Of a stretch of 64,000 nt of DNA, positions 31,947 to 42,593 are shown piece after piece (position 1 is the stretch's first letter; the number at the start of each line of letters is the position of its first letter). This DNA comes from an uncultured Candidatus Saccharibacteria bacterium (GTDB lineage Bacteria; Patescibacteriota; Minisyncoccia; Minisyncoccales; Staskawiczbacteraceae). Location: assembly GCA_964599285.1 (NCBI GenBank), contig CAZREI010000002.1, positions 9,955-73,954 of the forward strand. Reading direction: 5' to 3'. Below the pieces are notes generated by a model. That model was given only the letters and a program-made list of their open reading frames with translations, ran no database searches and was not told the DNA's origin. The position numbers were made by a program, and so were the translations under genes.

Positions 31947-32981
31947 CTACGACAGTGACTCCGCTCCCGCGATGATTTCAATAATTTGGTTTGTAATGGC
32001 TGACTGGCGGCTCTTATTGTATTGCAAATTCAGGGCTTGGCCCAAATCGCCGGCGTTGTCTGACGCTGTTTTCATGGCCATTCTGCGAACGGCGTGTTCG
32101 GACGCGTTGGCTTCCAAAATAATATGATACATTTGCATAAAAAACAAATGCTTTGTTAGGCGTTCCAATACTTTTTCCGGTGAAGGCTCAATTAAATATT
32201 CCCTTGCCCTGTTAAATTGTCCCGTTTTTATCGGGACACCGCTTTGAGCGGATTTAACAGGGTGAACTCTATTTTCTCCTGGTGCAAAACTTAAACCTTG
32301 CTCTTTTATTAATTCAGCAAATTTTCCGGTTTGGGGTATCAATTCTTGCACTGTTTCTTTAATATGATCAAAGTCAATGGGTAAAATTCTTCTGACATGC
32401 GGTTCTTGCTTTAGGGCTGACCTAAAATGGGTGGAAATTACCACAACCCGATCCCACGATTTATCCAAATAACCTTGTACAATAAAATCGGTTAAGGGCT
32501 GGACTTGCTCAAGTGTGGTAAAATCCCCCACTTGGGTAAACTTTTTCAGTCCTGTGGTTTTGACTACAGGACTAAGTTTTTTTGATAAATACTGGAAAGC
32601 TTTTTCCCCTACCGCTACATAAGACTTTTCCTCGTTTTTATATTTTTCTTTGTCGCGTTCCATGTGCTGTTCAAACTTTTTAAACACCGAACTATTAAAC
32701 GCACCTGCCAACCCCTTGTCCGAAGCCACCAAAACAAACAATACTTTTTTGACGCGCCGCTGTTTTAGTAATTCCGGCAATTCCAATTTGGCCGATTTTT
32801 CCATCAGCGTCAAACTGGCGAGCAAATCCAAAGCCACAAAAGCGTAAGGGCGCGAAGCCAGCGCGATTTCCTGCGATCGGCGCATCTTGGTGGCAGCCAC
32901 CAGTTCCATGGCCTTGGTAATTTTATTAATATTACCAATGCTTTTGATTCTCTTTTTTAAGTTTTGTACCGAATCTGGCAT
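31947..32981 (-). CDS. atpG: ATP synthase gamma subunit
   Basis: KITKAMELVAATKMRR; C-terminal IIEIIAGAESL. Confidence 0.9.
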   Translation of the reverse strand: MPDSVQNLKKRIKSIGNINKITKAMELVAATKMRRSQEIALASRPYAFVALDLLASLTLMEKSAKLELPELLKQRRVKKVLFVLVASDKGLAGAFNSSVFKKFEQHMERDKEKYKNEEKSYVAVGEKAFQYLSKKLSPVVKTTGLKKFTQVGDFTTLEQVQPLTDFIVQGYLDKSWDRVVVISTHFRSALKQEPHVRRILPIDFDHIKETVQELIPQTGKFAELIKEQGLSFAPGENRVHPVKSAQSGVPIKTGQFNRAREYLIEPSPEKVLERLTKHLFFMQMYHIILEANASEHAVRRMAMKTASDNAGDLGQALNLQYNKSRQSAITNQIIEIIAGAESLS

Positions 32982-32982
32982 A

Positions 32983-33012
32983 CTTGACAATAATTTACTA
33001 TGGGTATATACT
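32983..33012 (+). promoter_or_regulatory. sigma70-like promoter TTGACA-17-TATACT
   Basis: Upstream of 33054 ORF. Confidence 0.4.
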
Positions 33013-33053
33013 TAAGCTGTGGTAGTTCGAAATACTGCTTGTTCAAGGAGAGT

Positions 33054-33254
33054 GTTATGCCGCAGGTTCTTCTCACGAGCACTCGATCAAATATCGCTGA
33101 GTATGTAACGAGAGGCGAGGGAGACGTCGGGGTGATGTTGTTCAACATCATCCTGAATACCGAACGGTCTGAGGACGGGTTACGATACGTCACCCACATC
33201 GTCCACGATGGAATCCTGGACGTTATCTTCCGAAAAGAAGAAAGACCTCAATAA
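33054..33254 (+). CDS. small hypothetical protein (66 aa) opposite strand between atpG and atpA
   Basis: AAGGAG SD; terminator ggcgccggaatgcaaacggcgcc+T8 at 33268-33298. Confidence 0.4.
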   Translation, partial: VMPQVLLTSTRSNIAEYVTRGEGDVGVMLFNIILNTERSEDGLRYVTHIVHDGILDVIFRKEERPQ

Positions 33255-33305
33255 CAATGTGCTTTAGGGCGCCGGAATGCAAACGGCGCCGTTTTTTTAC
33301 AAATT

Positions 33306-34862
33306 TTACTTCACGCTTTCCACAAATTTTTCAATTACTTCCTTTAATTTTCCTTCAATTTCATCGGTAATTGCCCGTTCTTTTTTCAATGAATCCAATA
33401 AATCTCCATGCAAATCTTTTACGTATTCCAAAAACTTGGCTTCTATTTTTTGGATTTCTTCCGGTTGGAATTTATTAAAATAGCCATTCAGCGCGGCATA
33501 CAACACTAACACCTGTTCTTCAAACGGCATTGGCGCCAAGTCCGATTGCTTCAGCACTTCGGTAATGATTCTGCCTTTTTGGATTCTTGCTTTGGTGGCT
33601 TCGTCAACATCGCTGGCAAACTGCACAAAGGTTTGAAGTTCGCGAAACTGCGCCAATTCTAATCTTAATTTTCCGGCCACTTTTTTCATGGCTTTGGTTT
33701 GGGCTGATGAACCAACGCGCGAAACCGACAACCCCACGTTTACCGCCGGCCGCGTGCCTTGGTAAAATAAATCAGATTCCAAATAAATTTGCCCGTCAGT
33801 GATAGAAATTACGTTGGTGGGAATGTAAGCGGTAACGTCGCCAAGTTGGGTTTCAATAATGGGAATGGCGGTTAGCGAGCCTCCCCCATTTTCCTTTGAT
33901 AATTTGGCGGCTCTTTCTAATAATCGCGAATGTAAATAAAACACATCGCCCGGATAGGCTTCTCTTCCTGGCGGACGACGCAATAAAAGCGAAATTTGCC
34001 GATAGGCCCAGGCGTGTTTTGACAAATCGTCGTAAATAATCAGCGCGTCTTGTCCTTTGTCGCGGAAGTATTCGCCAATGGCCGCTCCCGCAAACGGCGC
34101 CAAGTACCAACTGGATGCCGGACTTGAAGCCGGCGCTGAAACCACCACTGTATTTTCAAAAGCATTATTTTTTTTGAGCGTTTCTACAATTTTGGCAATC
34201 TTACTTTCCTTCTGTCCAACCGCAACATAGATGCTGATGACTGGCTTGTCGCTGGACTTTGACTGGTTGATGATCATGTCCAAAGCAATGGCGGTTTTTC
34301 CGGTTTGGCGGTCGCCGATGACAAGTTCGCGCTGGCCGCGGCCAATGGGAATCATAGAATCAATGGCTTTAATCCCTGTGTGCAACGGATAATTTACCGA
34401 TTCGCGTGCCAATACATTGGGCGCATCATTTTCCAAAAAATTATATTGAGGTTTTTGCGCGGCTGAAAAAAGCGGCCCTTTACCGTCCAACGGATTTCCC
34501 AGAGGGTCCACCACTCGTCCCAATAATTCTTTGCCCACCGGAATTGATAGTAATTGTTTGGTTCTTTTTACGGTTTGACCCGATGTAATTCCAGTTGATT
34601 CGCCCAAAACCAAAGCTCCCACCGAATCTTCTTCCAAGTTTAAAACCACCGCTTTTACTTTGCTTTGGCTCGCCGAAGCCTTGGCGGAGGAGGCTGTCCC
34701 AATCTCAATGGTTAAAACCTCTTGCGACTGCACATTAGTCAGTCCTGAAATTTTTACAATGCCGTCACCCACTTCGGTGACAATACCAATTTCCTCCCAT
34801 TTGGGGTCGTCTTTATAGCCTTCAATGGCCTGCTTTAATTTATCTAAAATTTCTTGAGACAT
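33306..34862 (-). CDS. atpA: ATP synthase alpha subunit
   Basis: [11 protein letters not shown]. Confidence 0.95.
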   Translation of the reverse strand: MSQEILDKLKQAIEGYKDDPKWEEIGIVTEVGDGIVKISGLTNVQSQEVLTIEIGTASSAKASASQSKVKAVVLNLEEDSVGALVLGESTGITSGQTVKRTKQLLSIPVGKELLGRVVDPLGNPLDGKGPLFSAAQKPQYNFLENDAPNVLARESVNYPLHTGIKAIDSMIPIGRGQRELVIGDRQTGKTAIALDMIINQSKSSDKPVISIYVAVGQKESKIAKIVETLKKNNAFENTVVVSAPASSPASSWYLAPFAGAAIGEYFRDKGQDALIIYDDLSKHAWAYRQISLLLRRPPGREAYPGDVFYLHSRLLERAAKLSKENGGGSLTAIPIIETQLGDVTAYIPTNVISITDGQIYLESDLFYQGTRPAVNVGLSVSRVGSSAQTKAMKKVAGKLRLELAQFRELQTFVQFASDVDEATKARIQKGRIITEVLKQSDLAPMPFEEQVLVLYAALNGYFNKFQPEEIQKIEAKFLEYVKDLHGDLLDSLKKERAITDEIEGKLKEVIEKFVESVK

Positions 34863-34967
34863 AATGGTAATGCAAATCTACGAATTTAATGCGAATGCCG
34901 CGAATATGCAAATTCGCGGATTAGCAATTTTGTAGATTAGCATGAGATTTGTAGATTTGCATTGCCC

Positions 34968-35330
34968 TTAAAAAATACTGTCCAGTTTATTTTTTAACGA
35001 AAAGTCCAATTGCCTATTCCCATCAACCACGATTTTCACCCCAGCTATCAATGCGGGATTTATTTTTTCTTCAACCATATCACCCTTTTTAATAAAAGAC
35101 TTGGCCGCGTCCTTGGCGTTTATTTTTCGCGCGGTTTCCAGGGCAATCTTTTTATTTCCTGTTTTTTGTAAAAGCAGTTTTTGGGCCAAAGCTATTATTT
35201 CCCGAAACTTTTTCATATCACCATTTCGTTCCAAAAGCTTTAAAAAGTTATTTACCACTTTTTTGTCTTCAGTGCTTGTATCCAAATCTACCAGGGCTTT
35301 GGCGTATGCTTTCGCTTTGTACTTACTCAT
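34968..35330 (-). CDS. atpH: ATP synthase delta subunit (short)
   Basis: OSCP-like; operon position. Confidence 0.7.
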   Translation of the reverse strand: MSKYKAKAYAKALVDLDTSTEDKKVVNNFLKLLERNGDMKKFREIIALAQKLLLQKTGNKKIALETARKINAKDAAKSFIKKGDMVEEKINPALIAGVKIVVDGNRQLDFSLKNKLDSIF

Positions 35331-35473
35331 AGTCTTTTATTTGTGCTGTTAGACCTGTTGCGAAATAAGGATTTACTGCAAATTGTATATGTCGGCCGCA
35401 AATGTGCCATAATTTTTTACCGCACCGCAGAGGGTGCGCTAAAAAATTCTATCACATTTCCAGCTCAACATCT

Positions 35474-35989
35474 TCAATTTTCGTACGAATCCTTATTTCG
35501 CAACAGGTCTACCGCTTTTTTTATGAGCGCCTCGTCTACGGCTTCCGGTTTTAATTCCACGGTTTTTATCAATGTTTTTTTGACTAGCTCCAAAGCCTGG
35601 CTAAACACCAATTGCTTGGTTTCTTCCTGCTGTTTTTTGTAACCGTCTTCAATCTGCGCCATCAATTCTTTTTGATGGTCTTCTGCCTTTTTTTGCAAGG
35701 ATTGTTTTAGGGCTTCGGCTTTTTGCTCGGTGGTTTTGATGATGTGCATAGCCCCCGCATCGGCTTCTTGCAGTTTATGCTTGGCAATCTGGTCAACTTC
35801 TCGCAGGCGAATATCAGCTTGCTCGGCTTTTTGCAGGCCTTCTTGTATGGTATCCCTGCGCTTTTTTATCATTGCTAAAAGCGGCTTATAAACAAACAGC
35901 CGCAAGATGATCAAAAGGATAAAAAAATTAACGGCCTGGCTCAAAAAAAGCTGCCAATTTACACCGAGATTATCTAATAAGGAATTCAT
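35474..35989 (-). CDS. atpF: ATP synthase subunit b
   Basis: N-terminal TM plus long helix. Confidence 0.8.
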   Translation of the reverse strand: MNSLLDNLGVNWQLFLSQAVNFFILLIILRLFVYKPLLAMIKKRRDTIQEGLQKAEQADIRLREVDQIAKHKLQEADAGAMHIIKTTEQKAEALKQSLQKKAEDHQKELMAQIEDGYKKQQEETKQLVFSQALELVKKTLIKTVELKPEAVDEALIKKAVDLLRNKDSYEN

Positions 35990-36086
35990 TTGCTACTCTT
36001 TAAGGCTACGAAATACGAATTTTTTACGAATATACGAAATTAAAACGCTCGCATTCGTATATTCGTATGCAATTCGTATTTCGTAG

Positions 36087-36332
<246 letters not shown>

Positions 36333-36423
36333 TTACGAATGTAGTACGAATATACGAAAGTCAGACGCCCACATTCGTATATTCGTAAAAAATTCGTATT
36401 TCGTAGCCTAATTAATATTAAAC

Positions 36424-37155
36424 TTAATGACTTTCAATGGCGGTATGTAGGGAAATTGAAACCAGGGTGAGCATGGCAAAGACAAACGACTGGATTAATC
36501 CTACAAAAATTTCCAGAAATAAAAATGGCAGCGGGACTACATACGGAACCAAGAAAAACACAATGGTCAGCAATACTTCACCGGCAAACACATTGCCAAA
36601 CAACCGAAACGACAGCGAAATAATTTTAGCAAATTCTGAAACCAGTTCCAAAATTCCAATGAAAAATTTTATGGGATTTTGGAAATTGATAAATTTGCTA
36701 ATGTGCGGCAAAACGCCCACCGCCATCATCCCCAACAAGTTAGTGACAATCACGGAAATGACCGCAAAGGCCAGGGTGAAATTTAAATCAGCGGCCGGAG
36801 ACCTAAACAGTGAAACTTCCCTGCCTCCGTTTTGGATGTACAGCGACCCGACGCCGGGCAAAATTCCCGACAGATTGCAAATCATGATGAAAATAAAAAT
36901 GGTGGCGATGAGCGGAAAATATTGCTCGGCTTTTTTTATGGATCCCAACATCCCTTCCATTAGGCCCAAGAGCCACTCAAAGCCCATTTCCACCACCGAC
37001 TGGACCGCGCCCGGAACGATTTGGATTTTGCGATAGAAAAGAGCCGCGCCGGCCATCAGGATCAGTGAAACTACGAACGTGGAAAACAAGCTATTAGTGA
37101 AAGCAAAATGGCCAATTGAAAATATTTCCTGCGCTTTTAGAGAAATTTCCTCCAT
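36424..37155 (-). CDS. atpB: ATP synthase subunit a
   Basis: Polytopic; conserved Arg region LSFRLFGN. Confidence 0.9.
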   Translation of the reverse strand: MEEISLKAQEIFSIGHFAFTNSLFSTFVVSLILMAGAALFYRKIQIVPGAVQSVVEMGFEWLLGLMEGMLGSIKKAEQYFPLIATIFIFIMICNLSGILPGVGSLYIQNGGREVSLFRSPAADLNFTLAFAVISVIVTNLLGMMAVGVLPHISKFINFQNPIKFFIGILELVSEFAKIISLSFRLFGNVFAGEVLLTIVFFLVPYVVPLPFLFLEIFVGLIQSFVFAMLTLVSISLHTAIESH

Positions 37156-37234
37156 ATCAAAACATCATAGTATACTATTTTGTTTTTTACAATACGCGCG
37201 GCGGCCTTTTGGCCGCCGCGCGTATATTACAAAA

Positions 37235-37720
37235 TCAAAGTTCTGGCGCCGAAGAAACCCTTCTATATTCCAACCAAGTTAATACCACCATCACCATATC
37301 CAAGAGCGTAAAAACCAGCAACAGTCCCGAATGGCGGACGAAAAAACGGTAAACCTGATAGACAATAAAAAAACTGTGAAAGATAATGGCCGCCGGATAC
37401 GCCCATCGCTTGCCTTTGAGCAAGGCAACGACCAAAAAAATGTTAACCAGGCCGTAAAACAAAAAGTAAAAAGCAATAAAATTTTTGGTGCTGGCTGAAA
37501 AGTTATCGGCTTGCCAGGTCAGGTATCCGGTCAGGTATTCCGAATGGTTGATGATGCGACGCTCGGTAATCCAAATGATGGCGTTGTAAATAGTTTCGGT
37601 CTTAAATAAAAAAAACAAGGCGCCAATCACGATTTCCCAGACGCCGTTGATTCCTTTGACCAAAATGACCGCTTCGAAAAGTTCATGGAGAATAGTGTTT
37701 TGCCAAAATTTTTTTATCAT
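37235..37720 (-). CDS. DUF2127-like membrane protein
   Basis: 4 TM; last gene of the two-component-system operon. Confidence 0.45.
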   Translation of the reverse strand: MIKKFWQNTILHELFEAVILVKGINGVWEIVIGALFFLFKTETIYNAIIWITERRIINHSEYLTGYLTWQADNFSASTKNFIAFYFLFYGLVNIFLVVALLKGKRWAYPAAIIFHSFFIVYQVYRFFVRHSGLLLVFTLLDMVMVVLTWLEYRRVSSAPEL

Positions 37721-37731
37721 GTAACATTGGG

Positions 37732-38112
37732 TTATCGTGCTGCCAATTTTTCTTTTGCCCGGGCGACAATATTACTGATGCGCATGTCGGACTTTACAAT
37801 GTAATCAGCTCCCAACGATATATCAATAGCTTCGCTGACGTGCCCCTGGTCGCTTAAATTAGTCAGAAAAATCATCTTAGTTTCAATCCCCGCTTCTTTT
37901 ATTTTTTTAGCCATGGTGATGCCGTCCATGATGGGCAAGTTGATGTCTATCATCATCAGGTCCGGATGCTCTTTTTGAGCCATGTCAAAACCTTCTTGGC
38001 CGTCTTTGGCAAATGCCATGGAAAATCCGGTACCGGCGAAAGCCTGCTCCAAAAGCCAGGAAAAATCCTTGTCGTCTTCCACAATGAGAATTTTTTTAAG
38101 CTGTTTATTCAT
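37732..38112 (-). CDS. response regulator, receiver domain only
   Basis: ILIVEDD...D (phospho-acceptor) ...K. Confidence 0.8.
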   Translation of the reverse strand: MNKQLKKILIVEDDKDFSWLLEQAFAGTGFSMAFAKDGQEGFDMAQKEHPDLMMIDINLPIMDGITMAKKIKEAGIETKMIFLTNLSDQGHVSEAIDISLGADYIVKSDMRISNIVARAKEKLAAR

Positions 38113-38120
38113 GGAGATTA

Positions 38121-38522
38121 TTAATCTTTTTTATCAAGCTCTTTTGTCACCATGTCCGCCAGTTCCGTGGGAGTAATGCTGGATTTAAGCAAACATTTGT
38201 CGGGCTTGATGTACTGCATATTCTGCAGGGAATCGCTGGTGTAGTTGCTTAAAATAAAAACGATGAGATTTTTGGTTTGGTCGTTTTCGCGGATAGCCCG
38301 CAACACTTCCAGCCCGTTAATATCGGGCAGAGCCAGGTCAAGCAATACCAGCGAAGGATTTTCTTCCTTTTTTTCCTGCACCTTTTTTAACTTTTCCATG
38401 GTTTCCTTGCCCGTACTCATTCCTTCCACCAAAAAACCGGCGTGGGCCAATGCCGTTTTGTTGATGTACATGATGTCTAGTTCGTCTTCAATGAGCCAAA
38501 TTTTTTGTTTTGATTTTATCAT
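38121..38522 (-). CDS. response regulator, receiver domain only
   Basis: IWLIEDE...LLDLALPDINGLEVL. Confidence 0.8.
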   Translation of the reverse strand: MIKSKQKIWLIEDELDIMYINKTALAHAGFLVEGMSTGKETMEKLKKVQEKKEENPSLVLLDLALPDINGLEVLRAIRENDQTKNLIVFILSNYTSDSLQNMQYIKPDKCLLKSSITPTELADMVTKELDKKD

Positions 38523-38660
38523 GAGTAGTTTTTGGTTTTAGGTTCCGGCCGCGCCGCCCGTTGGGCGGCGCGGCCTATTAGTTAAAGTTCTTTAGTTTTT
38601 AGTTTTAAAACTGGAAACTTTTTCAAACTTCAACTTTAAACTATCAACTAATAACTGCGT
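38520..38660. repeat. family O repeat (GC palindrome ggccgcgccgcccgttgggcggcgcggcc plus agtttt/aaactt words)
   Basis: Copies at 51050-51180 and 53815-53925. Confidence 0.8.
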
Positions 38661-38670
38661 TACTATAATC

Positions 38671-40404
38671 TTACCCTATCGGCAGCTCAATGTAAAAAGT
38701 GGATCCCTGGTTTTCGCCCTTGGACTCTGCCCAAATCTTGCCGTTATGAGCTTTGATAATTTGCGTTGCCAGATACAAACCGATGCCGCTGCCAGAAGCA
38801 ACATCCTTGGCCTTTTGATCCCGCTCAAACACGCGGTCAAACAAAGTTTTTAGGCTTTCGGGTGTCATGCCAATACCCGTATCGGCAATGGTAATTAAAA
38901 TGGCGTTTTTGGAATTTTCGTTTTTTGGATTTTCATTGGAAATTGGTAATTGGGAATTGGAATTTATTTTCACCGTCACGCTTCCCTTCGGCGTGTACTT
39001 TATAGAATTATCAATGACATTGAAAATGGCTGCTTTTAATTTTTCTCGGTCGGCGGTGATGCTTACGTCCTTGGCCATTTTTTCCAGCTTCAACACAACC
39101 CCTTTTGATTCGGCCTTAAACGAAAGTTCGTTTACAATTTCATCCAACATTGGTGAAATCGCAATGCCAGGCTTTAATGTTACCGGATTTTTGCCCAACT
39201 GAAACTGCGTCACATCCAAAAAATTGTTGACTTTACGAATCATGTTTTGCGCCACGGCTTGCATTTTTTTGATGACCTCCAGCGTTTTTTTGTTCTGCTT
39301 GCCAAAGGTACCATTAAGCAACAGGTCGGAGTAGCCCATGATGGAAGTCAGCGGCGTTCGCAAATCGTGCTGGGTATTTTGCACAAACTGGTTTTTGATT
39401 TTATCCAACTTTTCCAGTTCTTCATTGGCCTTTTTTTCAACCAGGTAGGCCCGGTCAATATTTTCCTTGGCCCGCTTTTCCGTAACATAAGCGCGCCGAA
39501 CATCCTCAGCCATAGCGGCAATCTTCTCCCGCTGCTGCACCTCCCTCAAAACCCCGCGAATCAATAAAATGCCAAAGATAAGTACTGACAAAAAAACCGA
39601 AGACCGGTAGAAGATGACAACCAAAGAATCCGCCTGAGTGATTTCTAAAAAAGTAACCACCGAAAGTGCGAAGACCAAAGCCGCAGTTCCAATAACTCTG
39701 ATATTGAATAATTTATGCCTAATGATTGCGTAGGAAGTAAATAAAATAAATGGAAAAACAAATAAAGAACCGAATGGTGCAAATCTGGGATTACCAAACA
39801 CTGTTGGTAATATTAAATTAAATAAAATGTGCAAAACAAAAGTAATAGTTACACCTGTAAGCAATAATCTTAACTCACTTTTTTCCGTCGTATTAGTTGC
39901 TTTGATTAATTTTCTACACAATAAATAAATTGCATAGACTATTAAAAAGATAACCGTAATACCAAAAATAATAACACCAAAACCATTGCTAACTTTTTCT
40001 ATTCCTCCACTTTCTGAAAACTGGGTAACGCGCTCAAAAACAAATGGCGTCAAAGTTAGTAAGGTACTTAAAACTACCGCAGGAAGAACAAGTAAATAAT
40101 AAACTTTTGGAAATGAGATTTTTTCTTGAGGGAAAATATAAAAAAGCCTATAAAGAAAAAAGCAATACAAAATTGCAAAAAAAACATGGGCTCTTAAAAC
40201 CCAAATGGCTATATTTGATGGTAATGGTTGAAATATAAGATAATTTAAAATACCCCAAGGGATAGTTGAAATAACGAATGTGAAAAACGCACGATTTACC
40301 GCGCTCTTACTATTACTCAAAATAACAGTAAAACCCAAAACTCCATTTGCTGCTAATGCAATGCCAACAAATAATAGATCAAAATTTTGAAAATAATCAG
40401 TCAT
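38671..40404 (-). CDS. membrane sensor histidine kinase carrying a repeat-derived in-frame insert
   Basis: HisKA H-box QHDLRTPLTSI; HATPase G-boxes. Low-complexity SNENPKNENSKN encoded by an intergenic-type repeat at 38920-38962. Confidence 0.85.
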   Translation of the reverse strand: MTDYFQNFDLLFVGIALAANGVLGFTVILSNSKSAVNRAFFTFVISTIPWGILNYLIFQPLPSNIAIWVLRAHVFFAILYCFFLYRLFYIFPQEKISFPKVYYLLVLPAVVLSTLLTLTPFVFERVTQFSESGGIEKVSNGFGVIIFGITVIFLIVYAIYLLCRKLIKATNTTEKSELRLLLTGVTITFVLHILFNLILPTVFGNPRFAPFGSLFVFPFILFTSYAIIRHKLFNIRVIGTAALVFALSVVTFLEITQADSLVVIFYRSSVFLSVLIFGILLIRGVLREVQQREKIAAMAEDVRRAYVTEKRAKENIDRAYLVEKKANEELEKLDKIKNQFVQNTQHDLRTPLTSIMGYSDLLLNGTFGKQNKKTLEVIKKMQAVAQNMIRKVNNFLDVTQFQLGKNPVTLKPGIAISPMLDEIVNELSFKAESKGVVLKLEKMAKDVSITADREKLKAAIFNVIDNSIKYTPKGSVTVKINSNSQLPISNENPKNENSKNAILITIADTGIGMTPESLKTLFDRVFERDQKAKDVASGSGIGLYLATQIIKAHNGKIWAESKGENQGSTFYIELPIG

Positions 40405-40407
40405 AGA

Positions 40408-41484
40408 CTAAAGCCACTGAATTTCTGGTTTCTTTTTCAAGGATTGGGCAGTCGGCGGAGCGGCGTACCCTATCCTAAAACTAAAAGTTGGAATTCTTCC
40501 TGAAGTACTAAAAATTTTCACAATATTTTGATAAGCTTTTTTTATAAACACTACCTGATTTGGTGTAAATTCTTCTGGAGTTTCCTCCTGCATCCTCTGT
40601 CCTATATATAAAAGGCCTGCTGACACTGGTTGGAAACTTAGTCCTAAAGAAGTCACGGTAAGCCAAAATAATTGAAGAATTCTTCCAGTTTCAATAAAGT
40701 CTTTAGGTAAATCACTTTTAGCAACAATTAAACCTATCGCAGAGCAGTTACAATAGAGCTCTTCTCTCTTTTTTGCAGCTTTTACTGATATCTTAAATTT
40801 ATTTAGTATCTTTAAAATATTCCAATTACTAAACAGGTATTTAAATATAATTCGCATTAAAAATGGGAGCTCCTTAGTCCCGACATACAAACCTTCTCGT
40901 TTCTTTTTCTCTTCTTCTACGGTCCAGCTTACTTTTGCAAAAAAAGCTTTATGAATATCAAAGTTTTCAAAAATTAATCTATCCGCCATACTAAACGAAC
41001 CTGAAAGATTGCTTATATCTTCAACATTCTGTTTTAATAAAATCTCTAATCCTGAATTTTTTATTGATTCACAAAATGCTTTTATTGACTTTTCGTCCTC
41101 CTGTTTGAGGGGGATCTTTTTGTAAGGTTTTCTATTTGTAGCACGCTTCAAAATAAAAGGAAAAAGATAATTATAAGGATATTTGATATCACTTTTTTCA
41201 AAACTTATTTCTGCAACTAAATCAACTTCATTTTCTTTTGGAAACAAAGTTAAGTTCCCTCTATACCCTTTTTCTGATGCAGTAATTAAAATATTCTCAA
41301 TTAAGGCTCCGTGAGCAATAAACGATCCTCTTTGTTGATAATTAAATAAGAATTTATCCTTATTAGGAAGATTCCATAGAAAAATTTTATTATCGCTGAC
41401 AACAAATCTCCATGGCTGGGAATTATTTCCAGATGGAGCGTTTACGGCAATATTCAAAATTTCATTAATTATTCCTTTCATCAA
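40408..41484 (-). CDS. tandem nitroreductase-family protein (SagB-like or Acg-like)
   Basis: N-terminal VNAPSGNNSQPWRFVV nitroreductase signature; second nitroreductase-like half. Confidence 0.65.
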   Translation of the reverse strand: MMKGIINEILNIAVNAPSGNNSQPWRFVVSDNKIFLWNLPNKDKFLFNYQQRGSFIAHGALIENILITASEKGYRGNLTLFPKENEVDLVAEISFEKSDIKYPYNYLFPFILKRATNRKPYKKIPLKQEDEKSIKAFCESIKNSGLEILLKQNVEDISNLSGSFSMADRLIFENFDIHKAFFAKVSWTVEEEKKKREGLYVGTKELPFLMRIIFKYLFSNWNILKILNKFKISVKAAKKREELYCNCSAIGLIVAKSDLPKDFIETGRILQLFWLTVTSLGLSFQPVSAGLLYIGQRMQEETPEEFTPNQVVFIKKAYQNIVKIFSTSGRIPTFSFRIGYAAPPTAQSLKKKPEIQWL

Positions 41485-42564
41485 CTATCGTGAAATAAAA
41501 TCATCGAATGTCACCCGACTCCTTCCGCTTTTCACAGGCTCTCCAAGAGCAATCTTTCTGGCAATAAAACACGCAATACCAGAAGCTATGGTTACCGTGC
41601 TCATCAGCTGAGGCCTTCCCACTAAAGTTTTGCCGATCTCTTTTACCGAATCCATCACTTTTGGTGGAATATTCTGGGGCCCTACAATCTGCACTACATA
41701 TTTATTGACTTCTGCTTTAGGAACTTTGCCTTGCAACAAATCATCTAAGATTTTTTCCTCAACCATTCCATTAAATATTTTGGTATCTAGGTCATTGTCA
41801 TAGCGCTCCACATCAATGAGTACAGAGTCTCCAATACTGGTAAGCATGACCACGGGAATTTTTTGTTTTTTAGCTTCTTTCCTAAGTAAAATTTTCAATT
41901 CCAGATCATCAATAATTTCAAATACTAAATTTGTTTTTTGCTTGCCACCTAAAAAATCACCCATAGTTTCTTTGGTAAGACCTTTTTCAAACGGTATTAC
42001 ATTTACATAGGGATCTAACTCATATAACTGCTTGCTGATAATATCTATTTTTGGAGATCCCACGTCAGAAAGCTTTCCCCTCACCCTATTTAAATTGGTT
42101 GTTTCCAGAGTATCAAAATCAGCAATTTTTATATGTTTTGGAAACCCATTATATAAAAGTGTTGTGGCAATATTTCCTCCCACGGAAAGACCGGCAATGG
42201 CAATGGTAAAATTCCGTAACTTTTGTTGCTCTTCCGCAGTAATAATATTTCTATTGCGATTTGTTCGCAATGCGTCATTTTCTTGTTCTGAAAGTGTATG
42301 TAAAAGGACATTGCTCCAGGGATAATAGATCCAATCGCCAAGTAAATCTTGATCTTCTTGAGTTTTTATTTTTTTGAATACTAAGAATTCTTTATTAAAT
42401 TCTTCTTTCCCTGCAATGTGCGCATTTCTTATCTCAAAAAACTCTTTTAGTTGTTGTAAATAAACATCAACTACTTTGGGTTTATATTTATCTTCAAGAT
42501 TAGTAATTTCTTTTTCAGTGTATGCGCCCTCTTTTAAAATAGTGGGGTTTTTTAAATTATCCAT
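41485..42564 (-). CDS. E1-like ThiF/MoeB-family adenylyltransferase
   Basis: IAIAGLSVGGNIAT...IKIADFDTLETTNLNR. Confidence 0.75.
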   Translation of the reverse strand: MDNLKNPTILKEGAYTEKEITNLEDKYKPKVVDVYLQQLKEFFEIRNAHIAGKEEFNKEFLVFKKIKTQEDQDLLGDWIYYPWSNVLLHTLSEQENDALRTNRNRNIITAEEQQKLRNFTIAIAGLSVGGNIATTLLYNGFPKHIKIADFDTLETTNLNRVRGKLSDVGSPKIDIISKQLYELDPYVNVIPFEKGLTKETMGDFLGGKQKTNLVFEIIDDLELKILLRKEAKKQKIPVVMLTSIGDSVLIDVERYDNDLDTKIFNGMVEEKILDDLLQGKVPKAEVNKYVVQIVGPQNIPPKVMDSVKEIGKTLVGRPQLMSTVTIASGIACFIARKIALGEPVKSGRSRVTFDDFISR

Positions 42565-42593
42565 TCTATTATGTCGAGTTATATTTTAAAACT

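Noticed and set aside
36437-37036. 199-aa + strand ORF
   Set aside because: Antisense to atpB (ATP synthase a subunit); no independent support.
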